DNA of 64,000 nt from an uncultured Bacteroidales bacterium (GCA_937892155.1 CALAUG010000032.1:1517-65516), one strand, 5' to 3'. Positions 39,119-49,180 are shown, counted from the first letter of the stretch. Numbers and translations: made by a program. The notes: generated by a model from the letters alone, not told the origin.

Positions 39119-39120
39119 AT

Positions 39121-39204
39121 TGGTGGGAGTGGGTGGACTCGAACCACCGAAGTCATAGACGGCAGATTTACAGTCTGCTCTCGTTGCCGCTGGAGAACAC
39201 TCCC
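39121..39204 (-). tRNA. tRNA-Tyr (anticodon GUA)
   Basis: Acceptor GGGAGTG/CACTCCC, anticodon loop CTGTAAA, long variable arm, T arm GGTGG-TTCGAGT-CCACC. CCA is encoded. Confidence 0.85.
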
Positions 39205-39208
39205 TAAG

Positions 39209-39282
39209 AGCCTCTTGTCGGATTCGAACCAACGACCCCGAGATTACAAATCACGTGCTCTGGCCAACTGAGCTAAAGAGGC
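39209..39282 (-). tRNA. tRNA-Thr (anticodon UGU)
   Basis: Acceptor GCCTCTT/AAGAGGC, anticodon loop TTTGTAA, T arm GTTGG-TTCGAAT-CCGAC. Confidence 0.85.
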
Positions 39283-39323
39283 AAACTTTTATGTTAAAGA
39301 ACTATGCTTTTCAAAAAGCAGTG

Positions 39324-39331
39324 CAAATATA
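39324..39331 (-). promoter_or_regulatory. candidate -7 promoter box (TATATTTG) for the tRNA operon
   Basis: On the minus strand it matches TAnnTTTG, ~42 nt upstream of tRNA-Thr. Confidence 0.3.
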
Positions 39332-39465
39332 CAACTTTTTATATTCGTGTCAAGACTTACAAAAATTTTTAATACTTTTTTTCGTGGATTCCTCCTTAAT
39401 CTCTAGCCTTTACCATCTCATCTCTAAATTTATTTATGTATTTTCGCACGCGAAAAGTTACGGAT

Positions 39466-41052
39466 ATGGATTCTGAAGCTCTTATTTCGATAGTTGATTG
39501 CCGAATTGAAGGCAACGAAAAAACGTTTGTGCCAAGTCTTTCTTGGCAAATGAACCAAGGCGAAGCATGGCTTGTGATTGGGCCGAATGGTGGCGGCAAA
39601 GCCGATTTTGTGAATGCCCTTGCGAGAAAAATGTCGTTCGTGCCGAATTCCGTTGGTGAATCGCAGGGCTCGTTCTCGTCGGTTTTTGGCGATTCTGTCG
39701 AAATGGTTTCTTTGGAACGCGCTGCTAAATTAATTGAGGAGGAACGCAACAACGACGAGAGCGACTATGTTGAAGGTGGCGTTGATATAGGAAGAACTGG
39801 CCGAAGATTTATTACCGAAGGTGTTCTTGGACCGCTAAAAAAAAGCGACGAACTGCCGCAATGGGCAAACGAACTCGACACGCATTTCGCCATACAATTG
39901 TGCGGCATACAAAAAATCCTCGACCGCGGACTTAAATATATGTCAACTGGAGAAATTAGAAGGACATTGCTTGCTCGCGCATTGGTTTCTGGTAAGAAAT
40001 TGTTGGTTTTGAGCGACCCGTTTGCTGGACTCGATGCCGAAAGTCGTAAGATTTTGTTCGATTTCTTCGCAACCATTGTAAACGCCCAGCAAAAAGGCGA
40101 TTCGGAATATCCACACATTGTATTATGTATGGAACGTTGGCACGAAATTCCTGAATCAATCAGCAATGTTTTGGAATTTACCAACAAAGAAGTGTCGTTT
40201 TGTGGTTCAAAAAATGACTATGTACAACGTTTGAAAAGCAAACAAACACAAAACGACAATGAAAAAGCGGCAAAAAAAGAAGAATTGTCGTCGTCGCTAA
40301 CTGCAGCAATAGAAAACACAGCGCCACTCAAACAAGAGACTTCAGAGGAAGAAGAGCTTCTTGTAGAAATGAACCATGTCAATGTCGGTTGGGGCGACCA
40401 TCAAGTTTTGATTGACTTGAACTGGAAACTGAAAAAAGGCGAGCATTGGTTGGTTCGTGGTCCTAACGGTTCGGGGAAAACTACATTTTTGGAATTAATA
40501 ACCGGCGACAATATGCAGGTTTATTGTAACGACGTACGTTTGTTCGGCAAAAAACGTGGCTCTGGAGAATCCATCTGGGAAATCAAACAAAAACTCGGTA
40601 TTGTATCATATCGTCTTCATGTGGAGTATAGAATGGTTGGTGGAACAAACCTCCGCAATCTAATCATTTCCGGCTTCCGCGACTCCATTGGATTGTACGG
40701 CGCACCTACAGGTGTCGAAATTGCCATAGCCGACAAATGGCTTGCGCTTGGTGGATTTGCTGGTCGTGAACGCGAATTATTCCGCGACTTGAGTTATGGC
40801 GAACAACGTGCAATGTTGATTCTTCGTTCTGTTGTGAAATGTCCACCAATATTGATATTGGACGAGCCATGCCACGGACTTGACGAAGAATACCGCGAAA
40901 AAATCCTTCATCTTTTGGAATTAATCGCCGAAAAAGGAACTACCACAATGCTTCACGTAACCCACGATCCAACTGAACGCCTGACTTGCGAAAAGCACGT
41001 ATTGGAATTGTGTCCGGGAGAAACACCGATGTATAGAGTTAGTTGTCTGTAG
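39466..41052 (+). CDS. ABC ATPase with duplicated nucleotide-binding domains (ModF-like), no adjacent permease
   Basis: NBD1: GPNGGGKADF, LSTGEIRRTLLARAL, LSDPFAGLD. NBD2: GPNGSGKTTF, LSYGEQRAMLILR, ILDEPCHGLD. Confidence 0.8.
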   Translation: MDSEALISIVDCRIEGNEKTFVPSLSWQMNQGEAWLVIGPNGGGKADFVNALARKMSFVPNSVGESQGSFSSVFGDSVEMVSLERAAKLIEEERNNDESDYVEGGVDIGRTGRRFITEGVLGPLKKSDELPQWANELDTHFAIQLCGIQKILDRGLKYMSTGEIRRTLLARALVSGKKLLVLSDPFAGLDAESRKILFDFFATIVNAQQKGDSEYPHIVLCMERWHEIPESISNVLEFTNKEVSFCGSKNDYVQRLKSKQTQNDNEKAAKKEELSSSLTAAIENTAPLKQETSEEEELLVEMNHVNVGWGDHQVLIDLNWKLKKGEHWLVRGPNGSGKTTFLELITGDNMQVYCNDVRLFGKKRGSGESIWEIKQKLGIVSYRLHVEYRMVGGTNLRNLIISGFRDSIGLYGAPTGVEIAIADKWLALGGFAGRERELFRDLSYGEQRAMLILRSVVKCPPILILDEPCHGLDEEYREKILHLLELIAEKGTTTMLHVTHDPTERLTCEKHVLELCPGETPMYRVSCL

Positions 41053-41165
41053 AAAGTATAGATTGTGTATTTATCGTTTTTTACAACGAAACAAACAACA
41101 CGTCACAGAAAACAGATTACTCTTATCAACACTTGTTCATATTCTACGTGAAATTTTTAGCGCGG

Positions 41166-41180
41166 TACGTGTAACACGTA
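41166..41180. promoter_or_regulatory. perfect 7-1-7 palindrome TACGTGTaACACGTA, candidate operator upstream of the DASS transporter gene
   Basis: An extra half-site TACGTG lies at 41145-41150. A TAnnTTTG-type box (TACATTTG) lies at 41194-41201, and the ATG at 41257. Confidence 0.4.
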
Positions 41181-41256
41181 AATACTTTTTCTTTACATTT
41201 GCGTGGCTTTTGGGGAGGTGTGCCTTAAAAGTAAAGTTTAACAAAAATAAATTTTT

Positions 41257-42729
41257 ATGGATTTAAAAAAGATTATAGGTTTATTAGTAACCTTCGCCAT
41301 CACGGTGACTATCTGGGCGCTTCCAACGGATGTGTTCGGGATTGAAAATTTAACAGTTGTACAACAGCGTGTGATTGCCATGTTCGTTATGGCTGCATTG
41401 CTTTGGATTTTCGAACCAATTCCTAACTGGACAACATCAGTATTAATTATTGTACTTTCGTTGTTGACAGTTTCAAACAAAGGTATTGGGTATTTCTGCA
41501 ACCCTGACGCTGGTCAATTGGTTAAATACACTGATATTATGTCAGCATTCGCCGATCCTGTTGTTATGTTGTTCTTGGGCGGTTTCGTGTTGGCAATTAT
41601 GGCATCAAAATATGGATTGGATGTAACTTTGGCAAGAATCCTTTTGAAACCTTTCGGAAAAAATCCTCGTATGGTTCTTCTTGGTTTCTTGGTAGTAATT
41701 GCCGTATTCTCAATGTTTATGAGTAACACAGCAACAGCAGCAATGATGTTGGCTTTCTTGGCACCAGTGCTTGCAGTGCTTCCAAGCGATGATAAAGGAA
41801 AAATCGGATTGTCGTTGGCAATTCCTGTAGCTGCAAACCTTGGTGGTATTGGTACACCAATCGGTACACCTCCTAATGCAACAGCTGTGAAATTCTTGGC
41901 TGAAGCAGGTTGCGAAGTTTCTTTCGGCGACTGGGCAATTAGAATGATTCCTTACGTAATTATCATGATTTTGTTTGCATGGGTTATACTACAATTATTC
42001 TTCCCATTCAAATCGAAGGAAGTTGTTTTGGAAATCAAAGGAAACGAACGTAAGACAGACTGGAAAACATACGTAGTTTGGATTACATTCATCGGTACAA
42101 TCTTGTTGTGGGCTACAGAAAAACTTACAGGTATCAACTCTAACGTAGTAGCATTGATTCCACTTGCAGTTCTTACTTGTACGGGTATTTTCGGAAAAGA
42201 AGACATCAAGGAAATAAACTGGACAGTGCTTTGGTTGGTAGCCGGTGGTTTCGCATTGGGAACATGTTTACAAGGAACTGGTTTGGCAAAAGTTCTTATC
42301 GACGCCATTCCATTCGGAACAATGGGTGTTGTACTTGTATTCATCATCGCTGGTTTGGTTTGCTACTTCTTGTCGAACTTCATCAGCAACTCTGCAACAG
42401 CAGCATTGTTGATTCCAATCTTGATTGTGGTTGCCGAAGCAATGGCTGATCCTGCTGCAGCAAGCCACGATACATTCATGTCGTTGGGCGGAACACACGC
42501 AATGATTTCATTCATCGCAGTTTGTGCATCAATCGCAATGTTGTTCCCAATTTCAACTCCACCGAATGCAATCGCTGCATCAACAGGTTTGGTTGAAACT
42601 AAGGATATGGCTAAAGTTGGTATCATAATTGGTGTTGTAGGTTTTATTTTGGGATATTTCTGGTTGACAACAATCTTCCCATTTGAACAGACAGCCGAAG
42701 TTGCTCAAACGGTAGCAGCAACATTATAA
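41257..42729 (+). CDS. DASS/SLC13-family sodium-coupled anion (di/tricarboxylate or sulfate) symporter
   Basis: Duplicated SNT-type motifs (MSNTATAAMMLAF and SNSATAALLIPI); polytopic, ~490 aa. Confidence 0.85.
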   Translation: MDLKKIIGLLVTFAITVTIWALPTDVFGIENLTVVQQRVIAMFVMAALLWIFEPIPNWTTSVLIIVLSLLTVSNKGIGYFCNPDAGQLVKYTDIMSAFADPVVMLFLGGFVLAIMASKYGLDVTLARILLKPFGKNPRMVLLGFLVVIAVFSMFMSNTATAAMMLAFLAPVLAVLPSDDKGKIGLSLAIPVAANLGGIGTPIGTPPNATAVKFLAEAGCEVSFGDWAIRMIPYVIIMILFAWVILQLFFPFKSKEVVLEIKGNERKTDWKTYVVWITFIGTILLWATEKLTGINSNVVALIPLAVLTCTGIFGKEDIKEINWTVLWLVAGGFALGTCLQGTGLAKVLIDAIPFGTMGVVLVFIIAGLVCYFLSNFISNSATAALLIPILIVVAEAMADPAAASHDTFMSLGGTHAMISFIAVCASIAMLFPISTPPNAIAASTGLVETKDMAKVGIIIGVVGFILGYFWLTTIFPFEQTAEVAQTVAATL

Positions 42730-42747
42730 TTAGAATAAACAATAAAA

Positions 42748-42777
42748 GGGGAACTCAAAAGGTTCCCCTTTCTTTTT
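42748..42777 (+). terminator. rho-independent terminator
   Basis: GGGGAAC (42748-42754), 7-nt loop, GTTCCCC (42762-42768), then TTTCTTTTT. Confidence 0.6.
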
Positions 42778-42787
42778 AATACACAGT

Positions 42788-44161
42788 ATGAATAAATTTA
42801 TATGTTTGACAGCAGCTTCCCTTTTAGCAGGAAGTGTTTCGTTCGCTCAAGAAGAAAAGCCAGCACCAAAAGCTGAATTAAAATGGTATGGTTTTGTCCG
42901 CAACTACTTCACATTCGACACACGTGAAAGTAAAGCCGGAACCGACGAATTGTATTATTATTTGCCTTTAGACGAATCAATTCAAGCAGACGGAACCGAC
43001 ATTAACCAACATCCAACAATGAAATGGAGCGCAATCACTTCACGTCTTGGTTTGGACGTAAAGAACTACAAAATAGGCGATAATATGGAAGTTGGTGCAA
43101 AAATAGAAGCTGACTTTTACAGTGGCGTAAGTGGTGTTACCGGAACGGCACAATTCCGTCTTCGTCAAGCATATACGACATTGAACTGGAAAGATAAAAG
43201 TGATAACAAATATGGTTTGAAAGTTGGTCAGGCTTGGCATCCAATGGCAGCCGACATGGTTCACAGCACGAACTTGGAAATTGGTGTTCCATTTGGACCA
43301 TTCAGCCGTACTCCGCAAATTACATTTGATTATACACCAGGAAAATTCTCCCTTACTGCATCGGCTCTTTGGCAAATGCAATATACATCAGGCGGACCAG
43401 AAGGTGCTTCTGCAAACTACATTAAATATAGCAATATCCCAGAATTTTATTTAGGTGTTAATTTCAAAGGAGACAATGGATTCCTTGCACGCATCGGTGT
43501 TGACATGCTAAACATCAAGCCACGCTACAAAGGAACAGCAGAAATGCTAAAAGGTTCTGACACAATCTCGTACACTGCATTGGTTGACGACAAAATAACA
43601 ACAATTTCTCCATTTGTGTACGTACAATACAAGAAAAACGATTTCGAAATCAAAGCCAAAAGTATCTATGCTGAAGCTGGCGAGCACATGAATTTGAATG
43701 GTGGCTACGGCGTTTCTGCAAAATACGACGGACTTGGTGAAGATGGACATTGGGAATATACTCCGACAAGAGTTTCTTCTTCGTGGGTTAGTTTAACCTA
43801 TGGTAAGAAGTGGCAAGGAATATTCTTCGCTGGCTACGCAAAGAATTTCGGCACGAAAGACGAACTTGCTGTTGACTATACCGACAGCGAAGGAAAAACG
43901 TACGCAAACAAGGCTAACAACTATTTGGCAAAAAACACATACGAGAATGTTAATTCTATGTGGCGAATTGCTCCCGGAATAGTTCGCAACTGGAATAAAC
44001 TTGCTCTTTCTTTTGAATGGCAAATCACTTCTGTTGAATATGGAACATTCTTTAAGCAAGACGGCGTTTCTTACGTCAGTGCTAAAAATGGTCTTGCAGA
44101 AGATAAAACTCACTGGATTACAAACCATCGTTTGCAAATGATGTTGAAATATAGTTTCTAA
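42788..44161 (+). CDS. outer-membrane beta-barrel porin-like protein
   Basis: Signal peptide MNKFICLTAASLLAGSVSFAQ, alternating beta-strand pattern, and a C-terminal ...MLKYSF. Confidence 0.6.
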   Translation: MNKFICLTAASLLAGSVSFAQEEKPAPKAELKWYGFVRNYFTFDTRESKAGTDELYYYLPLDESIQADGTDINQHPTMKWSAITSRLGLDVKNYKIGDNMEVGAKIEADFYSGVSGVTGTAQFRLRQAYTTLNWKDKSDNKYGLKVGQAWHPMAADMVHSTNLEIGVPFGPFSRTPQITFDYTPGKFSLTASALWQMQYTSGGPEGASANYIKYSNIPEFYLGVNFKGDNGFLARIGVDMLNIKPRYKGTAEMLKGSDTISYTALVDDKITTISPFVYVQYKKNDFEIKAKSIYAEAGEHMNLNGGYGVSAKYDGLGEDGHWEYTPTRVSSSWVSLTYGKKWQGIFFAGYAKNFGTKDELAVDYTDSEGKTYANKANNYLAKNTYENVNSMWRIAPGIVRNWNKLALSFEWQITSVEYGTFFKQDGVSYVSAKNGLAEDKTHWITNHRLQMMLKYSF

Positions 44162-44991
44162 TGCAGCTCGGAAAGAAAAATACTCTTACTGTTCTCCGTA
44201 AAGTTGATTTCGGTTTTTATCTTGATGCGCAAGAATACGACAGCGTTTTATTACCGAAACGCTATGCTCCTGAAAATCTACAGGAAGGCGACGAAATAGA
44301 AGTATTTATTTATCTTGATTCCGAAGACAGAATTATTGCGACAACAGAAACTCCCCTTGCAGAAATCGGCGATTTTGCCTATTTGACAGTTAAAGAAGTA
44401 AACAAATTCGGCGCTTACCTTGACTGGGGGTTACCAAAAGATTTGTTTGTTCCATACCGCGAGCAAAAACTTCGGATGACAGCAGGAAAACAATATTGGG
44501 TCTACGTATATCTTGACAAGGACACAGACCGAATTGCAGCATCTGCAAAGATTGACAAGTATTTAGACCAATATAATCCACCCTATTACGAAGGCGACGA
44601 AGTATCAATACAAATTCATTCCAAAACCGATTTGGGAACAAAAGTCATCGTCGACAAAATGTATTGGGGCATTATTTACGAAAACGAGATTTTTACAAAT
44701 CTCACAGTCGGTGAAACCAGAATTGGCTATATCAAAAAAATTCGCGAAGATTTAAAATTAGACATAAGTCTTTCTAAATCAGGATATTTAAATAAAATTT
44801 CCGATATAGAATCTACCATACTTGAGGCTTTGAACGCAAACAATGGTTTTCTGCCATTACACGACAAAAGTTCATCGGATGAAATAAAGGAGGCAATCAA
44901 TATGAGCAAAAAATCGTTCAAAATGGCGATTGGCGGACTTTACAAATCGGGGAAAATATCTCTTGAAGATAACGGAATCAGACTGAAATGA
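44161..44991 (+). CDS. S1-domain RNA-binding protein (CvfB/YitL family)
   Basis: Repeated S1-like modules (FGFYLD, FGAYLDWGLPKDLFV) and a C-terminal wHTH-like tail. Confidence 0.7.
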   Translation: MQLGKKNTLTVLRKVDFGFYLDAQEYDSVLLPKRYAPENLQEGDEIEVFIYLDSEDRIIATTETPLAEIGDFAYLTVKEVNKFGAYLDWGLPKDLFVPYREQKLRMTAGKQYWVYVYLDKDTDRIAASAKIDKYLDQYNPPYYEGDEVSIQIHSKTDLGTKVIVDKMYWGIIYENEIFTNLTVGETRIGYIKKIREDLKLDISLSKSGYLNKISDIESTILEALNANNGFLPLHDKSSSDEIKEAINMSKKSFKMAIGGLYKSGKISLEDNGIRLK

Positions 44992-45971
44992 AAATTGGTT
45001 CTATAGAATTCGACAAATATCCTGTGTTTGCCGCACCTATGGAAGACGTGAGCGAACCATCGTTCCGGTATATGTGCAAAAAATACGGTGCCGATCTACT
45101 CTACTCCGAATTTGCGGCAAGCGACGCCATCGTGCGCTCTATCAAACAGACAATGAGAAAAGTCACAAGCTACGAATACGAACGCCCATTCGTGGTACAG
45201 ATATTTGGTAAAGATCCACGAGTAATGGCCGATGCAGCTAAAATTGTAGAGTCTGAATTCAAACCTGATATTATTGACATCAATTTTGGCTGTCCCGTGA
45301 AAAAAATCGCTGGCAAAGGCGCTGGTTCGGGCTTATTACGAAACATTCCCTTAATGGTAGAGATTGCAAAATCTGTTGTTAACGCTGTTTCTACACCTGT
45401 CACGGCAAAGACACGTCTTGGTTGGGATTCCGACGACAAACCGATAATAAGCGTTGCTGAGCAGCTTCAAGACGTTGGCATACAAGCCCTTACAATACAC
45501 GGACGTACTCGGGCACAAATGTACACCGGCGAAGCGGACTGGACACTCATAGGCGAAGTGAAACGCAATCCACGTATGCACATTCCTATCATAGGCAACG
45601 GTGATATTGATTCTCCACAAAAAGCAAAAGAAGCATTCGACAACTTCGGCGTAGACGCCATTATGATTGGACGTGCAAGTATTGGAGCACCGTGGATTTT
45701 CAAGCACGTAAAACATTATCTCAACACAGGAGAACTGTTACCAGAGCCGACCATCAAAGAACAAGTTGAAGTCATTAAAGAATCTATGCTAAAATCCGTC
45801 GAATTTATGGGATTGCCCGGCGGTGTAATTCACATGCGCCGTCAATTTGCACGGACATTCAAAGGATTGGAGAACTTCAGGGATACAAGAATCAAACTTC
45901 TCAATCTCAGCGACTTACAAGAAACTTTGAATTTACTTGATGAAATTGCCGAAAAATGGGGCAACAATTAA
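44988..45971 (+). CDS. dusB: tRNA-dihydrouridine synthase
   Basis: APMEDVS, DINFGCP, HGRTRAQMY and IGNGDI motifs. Confidence 0.9.
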   Translation: MKIGSIEFDKYPVFAAPMEDVSEPSFRYMCKKYGADLLYSEFAASDAIVRSIKQTMRKVTSYEYERPFVVQIFGKDPRVMADAAKIVESEFKPDIIDINFGCPVKKIAGKGAGSGLLRNIPLMVEIAKSVVNAVSTPVTAKTRLGWDSDDKPIISVAEQLQDVGIQALTIHGRTRAQMYTGEADWTLIGEVKRNPRMHIPIIGNGDIDSPQKAKEAFDNFGVDAIMIGRASIGAPWIFKHVKHYLNTGELLPEPTIKEQVEVIKESMLKSVEFMGLPGGVIHMRRQFARTFKGLENFRDTRIKLLNLSDLQETLNLLDEIAEKWGNN

Positions 45972-46029
45972 ATTACATCGTTCCTTTTTCCAAATCATTT
46001 TGTACCTTTGAGCATCAAAAACACAGATA

Positions 46030-46671
46030 ATGAAAATTAAGCAGTTTGTATTCAATCATTTTGGCGAAAACACATACGTAGTCATTGACGAAACGACCTC
46101 ATCCTGCGCCATTATTGACCCTGGATGTTTCCGTGAAACAGAAAAACAGACGCTTGTTTCGTTTTTCAAAAGTAACAATTTAGTTCCCGACAAAATTTTG
46201 TTTACTCACTGCCACGTTGATCATACGTTTGGCGCACATTTTCTTTTAGAAGAATATCCGCTTATTCAAACATACGCACATCAAAGCGAACAACATTTCA
46301 TTGATACTGCTGTTGAACAGGCCGAGAGTTTTGGGGTTACAATTGATCAACCGCCAGCAATTGCACACTATGTGTATGATGGACAAACAATCACTATCGG
46401 AGCGCTTGAATTCAAAGTAATTTGCACGCCTGGTCATTCGCTCGGCTGCGTATGCTATTACAATAAAGAAAACAATATTTTATTTTCTGGTGACACGCTT
46501 TTCGCAAACAGCGTAGGTCGCACCGATTTGTACGGAAGCAGCCATCTATCTTTGATGAACTCCATACAAGAAAAACTTATGGTTCTACCCGAGAACACAG
46601 ACGTGCTGCCGGGACACGGACCAAGTACGACCATAGGGGAAGAAAAAAACACAAATCCATATATCCAATGA
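46030..46671 (+). CDS. MBL-fold metallo-hydrolase (glyoxalase II-like)
   Basis: THCHVDH, TPGHS and GDTLF motifs. Confidence 0.8.
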   Translation: MKIKQFVFNHFGENTYVVIDETTSSCAIIDPGCFRETEKQTLVSFFKSNNLVPDKILFTHCHVDHTFGAHFLLEEYPLIQTYAHQSEQHFIDTAVEQAESFGVTIDQPPAIAHYVYDGQTITIGALEFKVICTPGHSLGCVCYYNKENNILFSGDTLFANSVGRTDLYGSSHLSLMNSIQEKLMVLPENTDVLPGHGPSTTIGEEKNTNPYIQ

Positions 46672-47360
46672 AAAGAATTTTAAGTATTGAAACCGCAACA
46701 ACCGTCTGTTCCGTAGCAATACACGAGGACAACGAATGTATTGCACTCAAGGAAATCAATGAGCCCAATGCTCATTCCGAAAAATTAACCGTACTTATAG
46801 AACAGTTACTCAACGAACGAAATCTGCAAATCGCCGACTTTAATGCAATTGCACTAAGCAAAGGTCCTGGGTCATATACAGGTCTTCGTATTGGCGCATC
46901 AGTGGCAAAAGGGCTTTGTTATGCCTGTAAATTGCCGTTAATCACCGTTGATACGTTAAAGGCATTGGCTTTATCGTGCAAGAATAAAGTTCAGAATAAT
47001 GCCCCCGAAGTAATCTATATGCCAATGATTGACGCACGCAGAATGGAAGTATATACTTCATTGTGGAACAACCAATTACAAAACATTCAAGACACTCACG
47101 CATTGGTTGTTACATACGAGGCAAAAGCATCGTTTGAACCAACAAAGCACTACTATCTTTGTGGTGACGGAAGTTCAAAATGCCGAGAAACACTTGAGAG
47201 TGGTAACATTACCTTCGTTGACAATATTGATGCAACAGCAAAAACCATAGGCGATTTAGCCTGCGAACTGTACGACAAACAAGAATTTGCCGACGTTGCT
47301 TATTTTGAGCCCTTCTATCTCAAAGAATTTCAAGCCACAACGCCTAAGAAATTGATATAG
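46668..47360 (+). CDS. tsaB: tRNA t6A37 biosynthesis protein TsaB
   Basis: ILSIETAT..CSVA and GPGSYTGLRIG motifs. Confidence 0.85.
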   Translation: MKRILSIETATTVCSVAIHEDNECIALKEINEPNAHSEKLTVLIEQLLNERNLQIADFNAIALSKGPGSYTGLRIGASVAKGLCYACKLPLITVDTLKALALSCKNKVQNNAPEVIYMPMIDARRMEVYTSLWNNQLQNIQDTHALVVTYEAKASFEPTKHYYLCGDGSSKCRETLESGNITFVDNIDATAKTIGDLACELYDKQEFADVAYFEPFYLKEFQATTPKKLI

Positions 47361-48644
47361 ATGACAGAAGCTTTTTTGCAGTATGTCTGGCAACATCAGT
47401 TGATGTGCCTGGACAAACTATATACGACCGATAAGGAAGAAATTTCCATTATCAAGATTGGTACATTCAACAGAAATGCAGGTCCCGATTTTTTAAATGC
47501 AAAAATAAAAATTGGCAACACAATTTGGGCTGGCGATGTAGAAATACACATAAAATCAAGCGATTGGTATGTTCATCAACATCACAAAAATCCTGTATAT
47601 AATAGTGTTATATTGCACGCAGTTGCCTCGTTTGACAAAGACGTTTATTCCGAAAACGGACATAAAATTCCTACGCTTCTCATTCCAATTTTGCCACAGA
47701 TATCATACAATTATATGACGTTCAGCAATATACAAGAATGTATCAAATGTGGGAACCAATTAACAAATATTGACACCAGCCGAATCAATATGTTTATAGA
47801 ACGATTGGTTGCGGAACGATTTGAACAAAAAGCATTACATATTTTTGAGTTTTACAATGCGACCAACCACAACTGGGAAGAAACGCTCTATCAACAACTT
47901 GCAAGAAATTTTGGCAGTAACACCAACAGCGAGGCTTTTGAAGCATTGGCACAAAGTCTCCCTCTGCATATCATAGAAAAGCATAAAGACAATGCCTTTC
48001 AAATAGAAGCCCTATTATTCGGACAAGCAAATGTATGGAGCAACAACGCCGATGAATATGAGACAAGGCTCAAACAAGAATACCAGTTTCTACAAAAAAA
48101 ATACAGCCTCACTCCTATTAGTTCTACCGTATGGAAATTTGCGAAAATGCGGCCCCGTAATTTTCCAACTATACGCATAGCTCAATTTGCACGATTGCTA
48201 TTTTGCAAACAGCATATAACCTCAAAAATATTAGAAATAAAGACGGTAGAAACGATGAGAGCTCTATTTCTCTGTTCTGCCGATGAATATTGGGAAACAC
48301 ATTTTTCGTTTAGCAAAGAATCTCCCAAGCACAACACAGATATAGGCAGACAAAGCATAGACACGATTTTAATAAATACCGTCATTCCATTTCTGTTTGC
48401 TTATGGAAAAGAGCATCAAAACGAAAACATAAAAGAACGGGCATACAATTTTCTTATGAAACTTCCACCAGAAAAAAATGCAATCATTTCGAAATGGGAA
48501 CAATATGGTTTACAAGTGACAAATGCATTAGAAAGTCAAGGATTGATACAACTATACAATAACTACTGCACTGAGAAAAATTGCTTTCACTGCCCTATTG
48601 GACACATAATCTTAAAATTAAATCCTATAACAAAAACATATTGA
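47361..48644 (+). CDS. DUF2851-family protein
   Basis: The N-terminus EAFLQYVWQHQ...NRNAGPDFLNAKIKIGN..WAGDVEIHIKSSDWYVHQHH matches my recollection of this family. Confidence 0.65.
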   Translation: MTEAFLQYVWQHQLMCLDKLYTTDKEEISIIKIGTFNRNAGPDFLNAKIKIGNTIWAGDVEIHIKSSDWYVHQHHKNPVYNSVILHAVASFDKDVYSENGHKIPTLLIPILPQISYNYMTFSNIQECIKCGNQLTNIDTSRINMFIERLVAERFEQKALHIFEFYNATNHNWEETLYQQLARNFGSNTNSEAFEALAQSLPLHIIEKHKDNAFQIEALLFGQANVWSNNADEYETRLKQEYQFLQKKYSLTPISSTVWKFAKMRPRNFPTIRIAQFARLLFCKQHITSKILEIKTVETMRALFLCSADEYWETHFSFSKESPKHNTDIGRQSIDTILINTVIPFLFAYGKEHQNENIKERAYNFLMKLPPEKNAIISKWEQYGLQVTNALESQGLIQLYNNYCTEKNCFHCPIGHIILKLNPITKTY

Positions 48645-48712
48645 CTCATTAATTTTTTACAAATTCTTAATCACGAAACACTAATCTCGTATCTTTGTTT
48701 AAAATAAACGAC

Positions 48713-49162
48713 ATGCGTTTCAGACTTTGTTTCATCACAGTGCTCATATTATTCAGTACTTCCTGTGGGAAGCACGAAAATCCTGTACCAGTAACGAGTT
48801 TGAATTACAAAGTGTTAAGCATTGAAAGCGATGCCCGTTACGGAAATTTACGCGTTGCGGGAGGATCGGCAATACTACAAACGGGTAATATGTGTGCTGG
48901 TTACAACTGCAACGGCGTAGTGGTGTATAGAGTCAAGACAACTGGAGAATATGACGATTTTAAAGTATTTGACAGAACCTGCCCAAACGAAGTGAGCTCG
49001 TGTGCAATGGAAATAAATCCAGCATTTCCGTATGTGCTCTACTGCCCTTGCTGCGGTTCGGAATTCAACATGGAAGGTAATTATATGGAAAAAGGTCCTG
49101 CAAATTATCCACTACGAGAATTTGATTGCGACTTTTACGATGGAGATTTAAGAATCTATTAA
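48713..49162 (+). CDS. lipoprotein, Cys-rich C-terminal domain
   Basis: MRFRLCFITVLILFSTSC lipobox. CPNE...CPCCGSEF is reminiscent of Rieske-like folds, but the His ligands are not evident. Confidence 0.55.
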   Translation: MRFRLCFITVLILFSTSCGKHENPVPVTSLNYKVLSIESDARYGNLRVAGGSAILQTGNMCAGYNCNGVVVYRVKTTGEYDDFKVFDRTCPNEVSSCAMEINPAFPYVLYCPCCGSEFNMEGNYMEKGPANYPLREFDCDFYDGDLRIY

Positions 49163-49180
49163 TCACAAAAAACTAAAATC

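Noticed and set aside
38977-39207. 76-aa plus-strand ORF
   Set aside because: It is entirely the antisense of tRNA-Gly and tRNA-Tyr and the terminator, so the open frame is a by-product of structured RNA genes.
41063-41266. 67-aa plus-strand ORF in the ModF-DASS intergenic region
   Set aside because: It uses an alternative start, has no recognisable features, and spans the palindromic operator candidate and the -7 box. I treat the region as regulatory and non-coding.
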